Of a DNA stretch of 64,000 nucleotides, positions 1 through 13,109 are shown piece after piece. Made by a program: the position numbers and the translations under genes. The DNA is from Eledone cirrhosa (Eukaryota). Numbering within the stretch: position 1 is the first letter of the stretch; each line of letters starts with the position of its first letter. The notes under the pieces were generated by a model. The model saw only the letters and a program-made list of their open reading frames with translations, was not told the DNA's origin and did no database searches. The DNA lies in the NCBI GenBank assembly GCA_964016885.1, contig OZ024743.1:165974001-166038000 (forward strand), written 5' to 3'.

Positions 1-70
1 GCAGGTGACCCTGCTTCCAGGACGATCCCAGTCCTCGAGCATTTAAACATCCTACTCTTAATACGGCCAT
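1..70 (-). CDS. ORF2 N-terminus (APE endonuclease), truncated by window edge
   Basis: Manual translation from ATG at 70: MAVLRVGCLNARGLGSSWKQGHL, with the N-x-R-G-L APE motif; homologous to the ORF2 start at 21148. Confidence 0.8.
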   Translation of the reverse strand, partial: MAVLRVGCLNARGLGSSWKQGHL

Positions 71-101
71 GTTGGCAGGTTAAACAGAGAGAGAGGAAGG
101 T

Positions 102-392
102 TTACTTACCTTCCGGGCTCTTGTGAAGGTCGGCTTGTAGGACCTCCATAGTTAGTGGGGTTTCTTTTGGGAACCCCTTTAAAAGTCTTGAAGTGGGTTT
201 TACGTTCGGTGTTCCCACGTCCCGAGGAAAGCTGTCTCGTATTTCTTTGAATATGTCGAGCGACATTCGCACCAGAACCAAATCTTCCGGCACGCGAAAT
301 GTGCTCGATTTAAAAATGTCCCCCTCTTTTTGTATATTTTCACTTCGTGCTACGAGGGCCATCAGTTCCTTGTTGGTCCTCCTGACGAGCAC
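102..392 (-). pseudogene. Probable frameshifted C-terminal part of ORF1
   Basis: Lies between the knuckle ORF and ORF2; ends ...GK* about 30 nt before the ORF2 ATG, the same junction seen at ~21180. Confidence 0.55.
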
Positions 393-421
393 GAAGTTTT
401 GTATGTTTTGTTGGTGTGATT

Positions 422-1531
422 TTATTTGTTTGCGTGGCTGTGGTGGTGACGGTTTTGGTGGTGTTGTTTCGGTTGTATCTGTGTTTTTTGTGAGTGCGGT
501 GTCTGTGGTTTCAGATGTTTGTGTGTATATTTGTTCTTGCGTCTGTTTCGGTTGTTTGCGTTTGGGGGGATTCTGGTGATGGTGATGGTGGTGTTGATGT
601 TGGTGTTATTGGAGAGATGTTTGCGTGGGTCGTGTCTGCGTCTTTTATTGTGGGTGCTTTTGTGCTTTGTTGAGTTTTTTTTTTCTTTTTGTTTCCTTTT
701 TTGTATTTTGGGTGATTTTGGATTTCCCTCATTTTCACTACTGGTAGATGAGGGGTCTGTGTCTGTAAGTGTGTCTGTATGTATGTTTATGGTTTTATTG
801 GTGTGTGTATTTTTTTTGGGGGGGGGGAGGGGGATTTGACAGCTTTCCTCGTTTCCCCCCTGGGTGGTCGATGTTGGTGGTGGTCTTTCTATTGGTGTTG
901 TTGGCGGTTTTGCCGATGCTGGTGTTGGCTGTGGTCCTCGCCCCGGCGTCGGCAGCAGTGAAGCCTTTCGACCCCTTGCCTCTTTCAGCAGTTGAGGGCA
1001 GAAGGCTTGCAAATGGGTTTTTTCCCCACAAACAAAACACTGCGGCCTTTTGCCTTCAGTCAAAATGTGAATGACCGTCCCATTCTGAAGGCGGATGTGG
1101 TCTGGGATTGTCTTCACATTCTCGGGCCTGATCTGGAGAAGGATCTCCAGGTCAACCCCGGACCAGTCCTCTCTGGCCGTTCTGGTCACTTCTATAGGGA
1201 CTGTATCCGTCCCCTCCACAATCACACATCCCAGAAGCCACCACATGTCAAGTCCTGGTGGGATTCTGGGAATGCGGAGACGGGCCGTTCTTTTTCCCAT
1301 GTGGGAGGGGTACATTATGACCTTGCTGGTTTTGCAAGGAGTCATAGCGTGTTTCATAGCGAGGGCTTCTGACTTGAACAACACCGAAATGGTGCCGTAC
1401 TGTCTGCCTCTCTCTATGTACTGGGTGTCTTCTCTGATGCACCTCAGCGCGACTTCGACATTTTCTTGTGGGATTAAAGCTGCCCTTTTGGTTTGTGCTG
1501 AGATGCATCTATAATGCACCGTTTTGCGCAC
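422..1531 (-). CDS. ORF1 gag-like nucleic-acid-binding protein with zinc knuckle
   Basis: 369-aa ORF with RPQCFVCGEKTHLQAFCP followed by a Pro/Thr/Lys-rich region. Confidence 0.8.
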   Translation of the reverse strand: MRKTVHYRCISAQTKRAALIPQENVEVALRCIREDTQYIERGRQYGTISVLFKSEALAMKHAMTPCKTSKVIMYPSHMGKRTARLRIPRIPPGLDMWWLLGCVIVEGTDTVPIEVTRTAREDWSGVDLEILLQIRPENVKTIPDHIRLQNGTVIHILTEGKRPQCFVCGEKTHLQAFCPQLLKEARGRKASLLPTPGRGPQPTPASAKPPTTPIERPPPTSTTQGGNEESCQIPLPPPKKNTHTNKTINIHTDTLTDTDPSSTSSENEGNPKSPKIQKRKQKEKKNSTKHKSTHNKRRRHDPRKHLSNNTNINTTITITRIPPNANNRNRRKNKYTHKHLKPQTPHSQKTQIQPKQHHQNRHHHSHANK

Positions 1532-1829
1532 AACTGCCTCAATAGCTTCTACCGGGACAGTTAAGTTGGCCCAAGTTTGCTCTTGCTTGATGAGCTTCTA
1601 TGCTTGGGCCAACTTTTCATCTTTTGTATGAGAAAAAAGTTCAAATATTTGGGCCAAAAGGCCCAAATATTATACTTTCCCCTTCGCGGGGCAAAGTCTA
1701 AGGGCTTATATCCCTTACACAAGAAATATTTAATAACAAATAATTTTAACAGGCAAATAAAGCGACTTACTGTGAGCGAGCAAAATCCGTCCGCTTAGAC
1801 CAATAATAATAATAATAATTTTTTTTTTT

Positions 1830-3434
1830 TTGGGGGGGGGGGGGGTTCTTTTTCTCTTTTTTCCTGATGCCGTTTCCCACTTCTCGTCGTCACAATCTGT
1901 CTCCAGTTGTGACAGGCCGGGGAGTGGAAAATCCTCCACAGGCGTTGGTTTGGGTTGTGGCGTGGTGGATGGTGTAGGCGCTAGTGCTAGTTCTGGCGCG
2001 TTGGGTGGTGGTGGTGGTGTTGGTTGTGCTACTGTTGCTGGGGTTGTTGGTGTTACAGTTGCTTCTGTTGTTGCTGCTACAGTTGTTGCTGCCATCTCTG
2101 CTGCTGGTGGTGTTGATGGTTGAGTCACTGGGGTGGGTAAGAGAGGTGGCCTCTACCTTTTAGCCTGAGGGCAGAAAGCCCTTAGGTGGGTTCCTTCACC
2201 ACAAACGACACACCTAGGCCTTCTGCCCTCGACGATTACGGTGAGGTGGCTGCCGTCAGTGAGGTCTATTACCTCTGGGATCTCCTCAATGCTTTTTTGG
2301 TCCGCTTGGATCAGGAGCTCCATCCCAGATCCGGACCAGTTCTCCTGCTTTTCTTTCGCTATTTCGATTATCTTGGTGTTGGCTTCGATGCCGGCGAGGA
2401 CGGCAGCTATTAGCCAGGGAATTTCGATGGCCGGTGGAACGTGGGTCACCCTGATTATTCACGAGTCTCTGGCCACAATATCTTGCGATGAGTGTGAAGT
2501 CGTCACTTCTTAATGGGGCCATGAAGTGTTCTCTGGCCTCCTGTGGTGTTTCAAAGAACACGTCCACGGTTCCATATTTCTGCCCACGTCTGATGTGGGG
2601 GTTTTTTTCCCCACACATGTCCCAAAGCTTTTGGAATTTGGGACTCTGATGCCCGTTCCACTCGGCGCGATTTTATGTTAATCGTCCGATAAGACACGGT
2701 GCATAGGCGCCGATGCTCCATTTTATTAGGTGGGGGGTTGAGGCTGACCCTGTACCCATCTTTATTTACCATTTTTTGGCTTCTTCTAATTCCTCCTGAG
2801 TTACCTGGAATGCTTCGCACTGTTTTACTACTCTGGCAAAACTCAGGGTGGTTTTCTTAATTTCATTGTTGCTGTTGTTGTTATCGTTATTTTTGTTATT
2901 GTTAATTTTAGTTTCAGTTGTGGTGGTGGTGGCGGCAGTGGTGTTCGGTGTGGAAGAGTTCATTTTGGTTGAATTCATTTCGATATCACGAGTTAATTTA
3001 TTTTTTTCTTTTGTTTCTGTTGTCGCTGTGGTGGTGGTGGGGTGGCGGCTTTAACACCTGCAGTCATTGGTAATGGCGGGAAATGAATGTCTGCATGAGA
3101 CAAATTTAAAATATTGCTACTGCTTATATTTTTAGTGTTGGCAAACGTAGTAATATTTACAATGGTGGTGTCAGTGTAAAGTGTTAGTTTGTGAGGAAGG
3201 TGTAACTTTGAGTCATCCATGATTTTTTTCAAATAAATTTTTGTTTGATAATTATAAAAGTTTAAATTTTGGGCTCAAGGCCCCAATCTTTTTGAGTGTC
3301 CTTTTCAGAAAACAATGTATGTGCACTTATATACAGTTAACAATAAAGTTTTTCCATAAATGGCAATTTTAAACAACTGAAAACAACAAACCTTTGCGGA
3401 GCTCACGATGATACGATTTACTATGTAGGTCGCC

Positions 3435-3435
<1 letters not shown>
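1830..3435 (-). mobile_element. Second, diverged L1/Tx1-type 5' fragment with frameshifted ORF1
   Basis: ORF pieces 2153-2978 contain RRGQKYGTVDVFF and RPRCVVCGEGTHLRAFCP, homologous to ERGRQYGTISVLF and RPQCFVCGEKTHLQAFCP of the first ORF1; starts at the (TAA)n tract. Confidence 0.75.

Positions 3436-3511
<76 letters not shown>
3436..3511. repeat. (TAA)n microsatellite between two divergently oriented elements
   Basis: Seen directly. Confidence 0.95.
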
Positions 3512-3513
<2 letters not shown>

Positions 3514-6500
3514 GGGAAGAAGACGCACGAGGTGGCGGAGGTCATGAAATCGCTCCTGTAAGTTTTGAATTTTTAACATATTTAAATCATTTGTGAAATA
3601 ACAACTCTTAGTACAAATGCTACGTAAAGCACCCGGCTTGACCCCCCAAAAATTCGGACCCAAAATATATTGTTATAAGGCTCAAATATTCAAATATTCA
3701 ACTTTGTATAGTACACTGTATATCCAAAAAAGAAAATGGCTATAAATAGAAGAAGCCCCCCCCCTCCCCTCCTCTCCTCTGTCTCCACTATATAGAACAG
3801 CCAAACTCACCATCACCAGAAACTAGATATACCACCCACCTCATCACCTGTGTACACTAAACACAACAGCCAGATAACGGCAATTTCACCACCACCGCTC
3901 ACTACTGCCATCATTACCACCACTATCCCATCACCGCCGCCACCACTCCTTCACTCCTTCACTGCTACCACCGCTACAACACCATCACTACAGTAATACG
4001 ATCACATCACCACCACCACTGCCTCGGTATCGACATCACCACCACCACTGTCTCAGTATCGCTACCGCCGCCAGTCTTCCACTTCTCCCAGATGGCTGCT
4101 GCCACCACATTATAGAATTCCTACTACTAAAAAAGAGGAAGGCATCAAAATATATAGATAGACTCAAAAGAAAAAAGAAAAAACAAACAACAAAACCAAA
4201 GCAGCACAGCAACAACAGCAAAAAACGAGAAAAACAAACAGAGAAAAACAAAAACAAAAAAAAACAAAAAACGTAAAGAAAATAAGAATGAAGAGAGAAG
4301 CAGGCGGACGGACAGAGAAGAGGGGGGAAAAACTAAAACTAAAAAAACAAAAACTAAGTCAGACATTCGAACACTACATTACAATGAAACTTATGCTTAT
4401 TCATTTTTGGGGCCCTTTCTGCCTGTGTGTTTGTTTGTTTATGTGTGTTCGTATACAGCGTGGTGATAATACCACACAAGGGCCAAGTAGAACGGCGAAT
4501 TCACAGATGGCTATGTAACCATACATTCGCCAATCCTCGATAAGAGTGTTTAAATATCGAACATAAACAGTTCGAATAACGGTGAAATGGAGACTAGAAC
4601 GTCATGTGACAGACTCTCACCCAACAGGTGCCCCCTGGCTCAGCAGCAGGAACCTGACTGTCAAACAAATACTGCTGATGTTGGAGGAAGAAGAAGAAGG
4701 AAAGGGGCCAGAACCAACTGGACGAAAGAATTGAATAGAACTGTTATGCAATGTTACCTGAAAAGTAACCCCAAGGAGAGGGGCTACAGGAGACGGATGC
4801 ATAACATCTGGAACGAGATTGGTCTATTTAAATTAGATGAACAAAAATTGGCCGGGCAGGCTCGGGTAATAAGAACTAATGGGTGGATAAGCGAGCTGGA
4901 ACTGGAGGAACTGAGCAGAGAGAATGGCTTGGAGATGGCGGGTGTAGTATGCCAGACAAGCGAGCCAGTGGGAAATGAAGGTGAAGAGGTCCTGAGAACG
5001 GAGGAACCACCCGAAGCAGACAATGATCTGAATGCTGAGATAAATAATACCTGGAACAGAGATACGGCCACTGAGGAGATGAATTCTGACGGGCTAGGAC
5101 AAGATTCGGTTGACATCCTAAATTTAGTGGTAGATGAATTGAACAATGATAGTGGGAGACCTATGAACCTAAGATTTGTAGACAGGAAAAAGTTAAAAGA
5201 AACAACAGTTAAGGTAAACAAAGTCATCCCATACCTTGAGGCGAGGAGCCTTCACCAGTGCAACAATATCCTCAAAGCAACAGCAAATACGGTGAGGAAA
5301 CTACTTGGTATAAAAGCGAGAGGAAACAACAGACAAGAAAGAGCAGAGCCGTGGTGGAAGAAACGACTGAGTGGTCAAATCGGGGAAATGAGAAATGACA
5401 TAGGAAAGCTTGAGTCACTACTGAATGGGACACTAAAAAACATAGGCACTAAAAATAGACTGGAAATAAAGTACAAAACTAGGAGGAAAAAGCTAAATAT
5501 TATCATAGAGGAACTGAAGCAACGCATTGTAGCAAAGAGTGCAAAAATCAGGCGATACGAGAACAGAGTCAGTCAGTATAAACAGAACCGCATGTTCGAC
5601 AACAACCAGAAGATGCTGTTTGTGCAGCTTGAGGGGAAAGAAAGAGGCAACGACTTGATCCCTGGGGCGGAGCAAACTAAAACATTCTGGAGAGGAATAT
5701 GGGAGCAGGATGTTAGACATAATGTCCAGGCAGGGTGGATTGAGACAGTACAGAGGGAGATCGGTGAGCAGGCACACCAACAAACTGATTTGAGCATCAC
5801 AGTTGAAACTCTTAAGGGGCAGGCCAAAAAACTAACCAACTGGAAATCACCAGGCCCAGATGGTGTGCAGGGTTATTGGATTAAAAATTTAACATCCCTC
5901 CACCCGAAGCTGACGGCCATGTTCAATGACTGCTTGGTGTCGGGGGAGGTGCCAGAGTGGTTGACAAAAGGTACCACAGTTCTGATAATGAAAGACCGAA
6001 TCAAGGGTAATGATGTTACCAACTATAGACCTATCACATGTCTGTCCGTAGTGTGGAAACTGTTGACGAGCATTGTGTCTGAGGAAATCTACCATCACCT
6101 CCACACAAACAACTTGTTACCGGACGAACAGAAAGGATGCCGAAAGAAGTCACGTGGTACAAAGGACCAGTTACTTATTGATAAGATGGTAATGGGGAAT
6201 TGCAGGAGGAGACACACTGATCTTGTCATGGGATGGATAGACTACAAAAAGGCATTTGACATGGTGCCTCATTCTTGGATCACCAAAAGCCTGGAGATTT
6301 TCAGGGTGGCAGATAACATCAGACAGTTGCTGGGCAGGAGTATGGGGTCCTGCGAGACAGAGTTGACATCAACTGGAGTATCCTTGGGAAGCGTGAAGAT
6401 CAAGAGAGGTATCTTCCAGGGAGATAGCCTGTCCCCTCTGTTGTTTGTCCTTGCCCTTGACCATTATGCTGCGAAAAGTGAGAGCAGGATACAAGTTGGG

Positions 6501-8054
6501 AAAGGGAGGGCTTACCATCAATCACCTCCTCTTCATGGACGATCTTAAGCTCTTCGGGAAAAGTGAGAAGGAGTTGGATGTGCTTGTTGACACTGTCCGT
6601 ATTTTCAGCAGTGATATATGTATGCAGTTTGGTATTAGTAAATGTGGAGTCATTGTGATGAGGAGGGGTAGGTTGAGCAGAAGTAACGGGATCCAGATAC
6701 CAACAGGTGAGATGATAAAGGAAATTGACTCTGAGGAAGGATACAAGTATTTGGGCGTTCTGGAGGCTGATGGCATAAAGAACAAACAAATGAAGGAATT
6801 GTTAAGAACTGAATACATTCGGAGAGTAAGGAGCGTGTTGAAGTCACATCTGAACAGCAGAAATGCCATAAGCGCAGTAAATTCCCGAGCTGTGTCTATT
6901 ATTAGGTACAGTGCGGGAATTCTGAGATGGAATGTTGCTGAACAAAAAGAAATGGATAGGAAGACTAGGAAGCTATTGACTATCTACAACATGTTCCACA
7001 AGAGGAGTGATGTCGATAGACACTACCTAAGGAGATCTGAGGGTGGAAGAGGTCTTATCAGCATAGAGGACTGTGTTCAGATGGAGAAAAACAACCTATA
7101 CAAATACGTGACCTATAGTAAGGAGCCAATGCTCAGAACTGTACTGAAGGAGGGGACAGTAGGCCAGGGGATGTCCAAGGAGGAAATAACATCAAGGAGG
7201 AAAGCAGCCTTAAGGGAAAATCCCTTCATAGTACCTTCTTTGAGAAAACAGAATTTAGAGATCCACAGACATGGAACTGGTTGAGAAGAGGAGACCTCAA
7301 AAAGGCTACAGAAGGAATGCTAATGGCTGCGCAGGAGCAGGCCCTCAAAACGAAGTGGTTGAAGCACCATATTTACAAGGAGGAGGCTAGCCCACTGTGC
7401 AGGATCTGTGGAGAGAGAGAGGAGACTGTGGCTCACATTGTGTCCGAGTGTAAACACCTAGCCCAGACCCACTATAAGGGCTGGAGACACGATGTGATGG
7501 GCAGGGTGATCCACTGGCACCTGTGCAAAGTAAACAATTTACCACATTCTGAGAAATGGTATGAGCATAGGCCAGAGGCGGTGATGGAGAACAATCAGGT
7601 GAAGGTGCTGTGGGATTTTAGGATACAGACGGACAAAAAACTGGAACACAATAGACCTGACCTGGTGGTTGTGGACAAAGAAAAAAGATCGTGTCTGATT
7701 GTGGATGTGGCCTGCCCTTTCGACACGAGAGTGCAAGAGAAGGAGAGGGAGAAAATTAACCGATACCAGGACCTAAAGTGGGAGGTGAAAAGGATTTGGA
7801 ACTGCCATGAAGTCAAAGTGATCCCGATTGTCATAGGCGCACTGGGGACTATCTCCAAAAGTTTCCAGGGATGGTTAAAGAAAATCGGCCCCTTCACGCT
7901 TTTTGGAACGCTTCAAAAGGCATGCTTGCTTGGAACAGCAAGAACCCTCCGATACGTCCTGAATATCTGAGGCTGCAGGTAGTGGCTTGATATTCATTCC
8001 AACGGACTTTCCAGGTAACCAACATCAATGACTGAGATTCAAGGAATAACAACA

Positions 8055-8110
<56 letters not shown>
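3512..8110 (+). mobile_element. R4/Dong-type RLE retrotransposon copy A with long leader and (TAA)n tail
   Basis: RT motifs (GIFQGDSLSPLLF, FMDD), CCHC (CRIC...HIVSEC), RHD and RPD...DVACP endonuclease; ends in (TAA)n at ~8056-8110. Confidence 0.9.
4587..7970 (+). pseudogene. RT-zinc knuckle-RLE polyprotein broken by two frameshifts (4587-6548, 6445-7284, 7281-7970)
   Basis: Three consecutive overlapping ORFs carry successive domains of one R4-type protein. Confidence 0.9.
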
Positions 8111-8111
<1 letters not shown>

Positions 8112-8950
8112 GGGAAGAAGACGCACGAGGTGGTAGAAGGTCATGAAATCGCTCCCGTAAGTTTTTGATTTTTAACATATTTAAATCAATTGTGAAATAA
8201 CAATTCTTAGTACAAATGTTGCATAATCCACCGAATGAAGTCCCATAAAATTTCGGATCCATATTATATTGTTATATCGCTCAAATATTCAATTTTGTAT
8301 TATATATTTTGTATTCAAAAAAAGAAAATGGTTATAAATGGAAGAAAACACCCTCTGTCTACACTATATAGAACAGCCAAATAACAGCAATTTCACCAAC
8401 ACCAGAAAGTTGATACACCACCTATCCCATCACACTAAATATAACAGCCAGATAACGGCAATTTCACCACCACCACCATCAATCCCGGCATGATAATAAT
8501 AATTACTATTATTATTGTCTCAAATTTTAACAAAATGTTTAATTCCAATTTTACGGGAATATGTCAACACAATATATATTAAACATACGAACACAAACTC
8601 ATAGATACTACATATCACAAAACCCAGTAACCACAAAGCCACCGCCGCCACCACCCCATCCATCATCTTGCTACCACTATCCCATCGCCGCCGCCACCAC
8701 TCCTTCATTGCTACCACCATTATTCCCTGTTAACTTGAGAGAGAAAGGGGAAGGTGGCGGTATCACTAGACAAGGAAGAGGCTAGCAAAAGATATAAATA
8801 GATTGACTTAGTGACCTGGCCACCGGCCAAACGTCAACATCAACAACTATGAGACTGCTGGCTCACCCCTTCCTACAATATAAAAAGCCCCGGCACCACC
8901 ACCGACATAGCCAACAACAATAACAGGCAACTACAGCTAAAAGTATATTA
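8111..8950 (+). repeat. Second copy of the leader module seen at 3512 and 13110
   Basis: GGGAAGAAGACGCACGAGGTGG...GAAATCGCTCC-GTAAGT and downstream blocks match 3512-3900 and 13110-13440. Confidence 0.8.
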
Positions 8951-8957
8951 TATTATT

Positions 8958-9012
8958 GTAATGCACTGGGTGATTGCTGGCCTTGTGCCTGAAGTGGAGA
9001 CACTTATTAATA
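8958..9012 (+). mobile_element. SINE 3' tail fragment
   Basis: GTAATGCACTGGGTGATTGCTGGCCTTGTGCC matches the 3' end of the SINE at 29232-29412. Confidence 0.7.
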
Positions 9013-12000
9013 ATTTCATTCTTAAGCCATGCAATGCTCACATTAAGGAACCACTCATGATAATAACAATTTAAAAAAAACAACAAAAAGAAAACCCCGT
9101 GACCAAGAAATACCGGGATGGCGGCCGGCGGGGAATAGCCGTGTCTCTAGGGGAGAACGACCCCTCTAGTCTTGGTTGACACTCGTTCTAGAAGTGGTAA
9201 CACGAAATGATTACCCCTTGGCGGATAAGGATAAAACGCGACAAAATAAAGTAAATGTCTAATGATAAAATCTCATACCGGATCGGCCGTCACCCGGGTA
9301 AAAAAAAGGGCCGCGTCCCTCAGAGAGGAACCAGACTGGGGTCGAAAAATCAGCTAATGGTTCAAACCTTCCCATCACTTCGGAGCTGGAGACCTCCCAT
9401 AACCGGAATACTCCTACTGTTGGCCCTCCATGCTCACCACCAAGAAATCCAAAGAAAAAGAGAGAGAAATGGTCAAGGGAAGATAATAAAGAAGTCCTTG
9501 AGGCTTTCTACACTGCCATGTACTACCCATCAAATACATCGAATACAGAACAGACATATATCAACTGGAAAAAGAAACATCCCGAAAACAGAGGCTATAT
9601 TGACAGTAACAAACTAGCCAATATACGAAGAAATATTGTAAGAAAAAAGTTACTAACTGATATAGAAATTGATCAGATCAAGCTATTAGCACAAAGTCAG
9701 CGAAGGGAAAATGAAACATGTGTCAGTGAAAACGAGGTAGACTGTAACACTTCGAACCCCAGGGTTGGGGCGGAATCACTGGCAACAGAACAAATTAAAG
9801 AAAGGATCGAAAAAGTGGAGGGAGTGCATGCTCAGGATGAAACTCCAAATGAAAATAATGAGATCGTAAATGATAAAGAAGTGAATGAGAATGAACTTGC
9901 CAACTTGAAGGATGAAATTATGATCGAATGGATGAAAATGAAAGAATCTGACATGGGGCAACGAGACACCCTCCCTAAGATCCAGAACTCCAAACAGAAC
10001 CAAAAGATAATACACAAGACTAACATAATTCTCAAAAACATTATCATCACAAACAAACTAAACATTACTGATTTAAATCATCTCTATTATGCATAGGCTA
10101 AAGTCACCACTCGCTTATGTGGAGTGAAGATGAAAAAACAAAGGAATTCCCACAAGAAATCTACTTGGCAAGAGAACATCAATCGCCAAATAAACCTTCT
10201 CCGATCTGACATATAAATGTTAACAAACTATAAAGTAGGTGAACATGTTAAACAAACTAAACTTAGAAAATTGAAAAAAAGGTACAGTATAAAATCAACA
10301 TGTGACATAGACATGCTGATAGAAATAATCAAGCAAAAAGTGTCGGCCAAAGCTGCTCGTATAAGGCGCTTTGAAAAACGATCTAGATTCTATAAGGACA
10401 ATAATATGTTCAAAAACAACCAAAGAAACTTCTACAGAAAAATTGGTAAGTCAACAATAACTGCTAAATCAATACCACCCAAGGAGGAAGTGCAAGAATT
10501 CTGGGAAAAGATCTGGGCCGAAGGAAAAGTTCATAACATACATGCCCCATGGATAGACAGACAAATGAAAGATACAGCTCATCTTGAGGAACAAATATGG
10601 GGAAATATAACAGTTGAACAGTTGCGCTTGGCTCTAAGAAAAACCAGCAAATGGAAATCCCCAGGAAAAGACAAAATACAAAACTTTTGGATAAATGCCT
10701 TCACAGAGTCTCATGAGCTGTTAGCCCAACTTTACAATGAAATAGTTAAGGAGCCAGAAAAGATACCATCATGGCTAGTTAACGGCATTACATTCCTGCT
10801 TCCGAAGAATGATGAGACAAACAATCCCAAAAATTACAGACCGATAACTTGCTTGACCACAATGTATAAAATTTTAACATCAGTCCTAACTGAATACACA
10901 TATGACCACCTGATAACAAATGACCTATTTCCCATTGAGCAGAAAGGGTGTAAACGAGGCTCATATGGCTGTAAGGATCAGCTTCTGGTTAACAAAATGA
11001 TACTGGAAGATTGTCATAATAGACACAAAAATCTATCGATTGCTTGGATAGATTATAAAAAAGCATTCGATAGTTTGCCACACAGTTGGATTGAAAAATG
11101 TTTAGAGATTTTCAAAATATCCCCCGTTGTCAGGAGGTTTTTGTCATTCAGTATGAAGACATGGAAAACGACACTCCTTTTGAATAGTGAAACAAAATCA
11201 CTGGAAGCTGGAGAAGTTAATATTAATTGTGGAATTTTTCAGGGTGACTCTTTATCGCCGCTTTTATTCTGCATCGCACTTATACCATTAAGTAAAATGC
11301 TCAATGAAACAAAACATGGATATAAAGTCTATGACAAAACCATTAATCACCTGTTCTACATGGATGACCTGAAACTATTTGCAAAAAATGATGAACAATT
11401 GCAAGGGCTATTATCCATTGTGGAGCAGTTCAGTGATGACATTAAAATGGAGTTTGGACTAGATAAATGCGCCAAAGCAACGTTCACCAGAGGAAAGCTG
11501 CTGAAGAGTTCAGACATTAATCTTGATCGGGGGAACGTGATAAGAGAACTTGATCAAGAAAAAACTTACAAATATCTAGGTGTTTGTGAAGGAGACGGAA
11601 TCAAGCACTCGACAATGAGGGAAAGGATAAGGAAGGAATGTTACCGCAGAGTAAGAGTAATCTTAAGAACGGAATTGAATGCAAGGAATAGGATCGATGC
11701 CATAAACACGCTTGCCATACAAGTAGTAACCTACAGTTACAATGTCATCAACTGGTCAAGCACAGAGATCCGTAGGCTCGATACAAAAATTCGAAAATTC
11801 TTAACCATGCACAGAATGCATCACCCTAAGGCAGATATAGATAGAATATATCTCCCTAGGAAAGAAGGAGGACGTGGGTTAATCCAGTTAGACATTGCGT
11901 TGAAAACTGCAACAATTGGATTATCTACATATCTAAGGGAATCACATGATTGGATGATCAAACTCGTTTTGAAACACGAAAGCATCAAAAGATCATATTC

Positions 12001-13050
12001 CATTACAAAAGATGCACAAAGATACAGTAATGGACTACAAATTTCAGAAGTCCCATTTACTGCTGAAATGAAAAACACAGAAAAAGCAAAGCAGCTAAAA
12101 GTAACTGCAAAGAAAGAACTGCTACAGAAACTGGCTAAGAAATGGCAAGAAAAGCCTCTGTATGGAAAATACCCAGAGCGAGCTAACAATCGTGATGTTG
12201 ACAAAACTTTAACCCATCAGTGGTTGGCATCCTCTGGACTGAAATCGGAGACTGAAGGACTGATTATATCAGCACAAGATCAGTGTCTGCCAACAAAAAA
12301 TTACCAAGCCAACATAATAAAAAATGGATGCAGCCCATTATGCCGTGTATGCAAAAAACAACCAGAGACCATTGACCATATAATTTCAATGTGCAGTCCT
12401 ATAGCTCCAACCGAATACCTAAACAGGCATGACAGAGCTGCACAATACATACATTGGATAATGTGTAAGCATTTTGACCTGCCCCATCAAAAGAATTGGT
12501 GGGAGCATCAACCACCTCCCATACTTGAAAAAGATCACATCTCAATCTTGTGGAACTTTAGCATCCAAACAGACCGAAAAATAGATGCAAATAGACCTGA
12601 TATAATATTGAAGGACTTTAAAAAGAGGGTATGCCTGCTAATTGATATGTCTGTTCCAATAGACAAGAATGTATCTATAAAAACATTTGAAAAATTGAGC
12701 AAGTATAAGGACCTGGAGATAGAAATTGGAAAAATGTGGAAATTGAGAACTAAAACAATACCAGTGGTTGTGGGCGCTCTGGGAATGATACCTAAGGGGT
12801 CTAATGATTACTTATCGCAGATCCCAGGAAACCCGCGTATAGGAGAAATACAAAAGATAGTACTAATGGGAACTGCCCATATACTAAGGAAGATTCTGTC
12901 AATATAAGTACATCACAAGTCTAAACACTAAAGATGCATGTGTGAGTATGTATGTTCTTCCTTGAACATGGCGGACCTTGTTGTCTCTTGAGGTCACTGG
13001 TTGTGACTTGGTGATAACTCGTATGAACATAAAGCAAGATAAATGCAACT

Positions 13051-13109
<59 letters not shown>
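9013..13109 (+). mobile_element. R4/Dong-type RLE retrotransposon B (different family from A), near full length, (TAA)n tail
   Basis: N-terminal pieces 9255-10096 interrupted by frameshift/stops, then 896-aa RT-CCHC-RLE ORF; (TAA)n at 13052-13109. Confidence 0.92.
10217..12907 (+). CDS. Reverse transcriptase, zinc knuckle and restriction-like endonuclease
   Basis: GIFQGDSLSPLLF, YMDDLKL, CRVC...HIISMC, RHD, RPDI...IDMSVP, K.SKY.DL motifs. Confidence 0.92.
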   Translation: MLTNYKVGEHVKQTKLRKLKKRYSIKSTCDIDMLIEIIKQKVSAKAARIRRFEKRSRFYKDNNMFKNNQRNFYRKIGKSTITAKSIPPKEEVQEFWEKIWAEGKVHNIHAPWIDRQMKDTAHLEEQIWGNITVEQLRLALRKTSKWKSPGKDKIQNFWINAFTESHELLAQLYNEIVKEPEKIPSWLVNGITFLLPKNDETNNPKNYRPITCLTTMYKILTSVLTEYTYDHLITNDLFPIEQKGCKRGSYGCKDQLLVNKMILEDCHNRHKNLSIAWIDYKKAFDSLPHSWIEKCLEIFKISPVVRRFLSFSMKTWKTTLLLNSETKSLEAGEVNINCGIFQGDSLSPLLFCIALIPLSKMLNETKHGYKVYDKTINHLFYMDDLKLFAKNDEQLQGLLSIVEQFSDDIKMEFGLDKCAKATFTRGKLLKSSDINLDRGNVIRELDQEKTYKYLGVCEGDGIKHSTMRERIRKECYRRVRVILRTELNARNRIDAINTLAIQVVTYSYNVINWSSTEIRRLDTKIRKFLTMHRMHHPKADIDRIYLPRKEGGRGLIQLDIALKTATIGLSTYLRESHDWMIKLVLKHESIKRSYSITKDAQRYSNGLQISEVPFTAEMKNTEKAKQLKVTAKKELLQKLAKKWQEKPLYGKYPERANNRDVDKTLTHQWLASSGLKSETEGLIISAQDQCLPTKNYQANIIKNGCSPLCRVCKKQPETIDHIISMCSPIAPTEYLNRHDRAAQYIHWIMCKHFDLPHQKNWWEHQPPPILEKDHISILWNFSIQTDRKIDANRPDIILKDFKKRVCLLIDMSVPIDKNVSIKTFEKLSKYKDLEIEIGKMWKLRTKTIPVVVGALGMIPKGSNDYLSQIPGNPRIGEIQKIVLMGTAHILRKILSI

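Larger units (their letters stand above)
1..1800 (-). mobile_element. L1/Tx1-type non-LTR retrotransposon, 5' part (5'UTR, ORF1, start of ORF2)
   Basis: Begins next to an (ATT)n tract at ~1800; ORF1 has a CX2CX4HX4C knuckle; ORF2 endonuclease N-terminus runs off the window edge. Confidence 0.85.

Noticed and set aside
9110-9240. HDV-like ribozyme in the R4 copy B leader (GGCCGGC start)
   Set aside because: No matching P1 partner or L3 motif in the required order.
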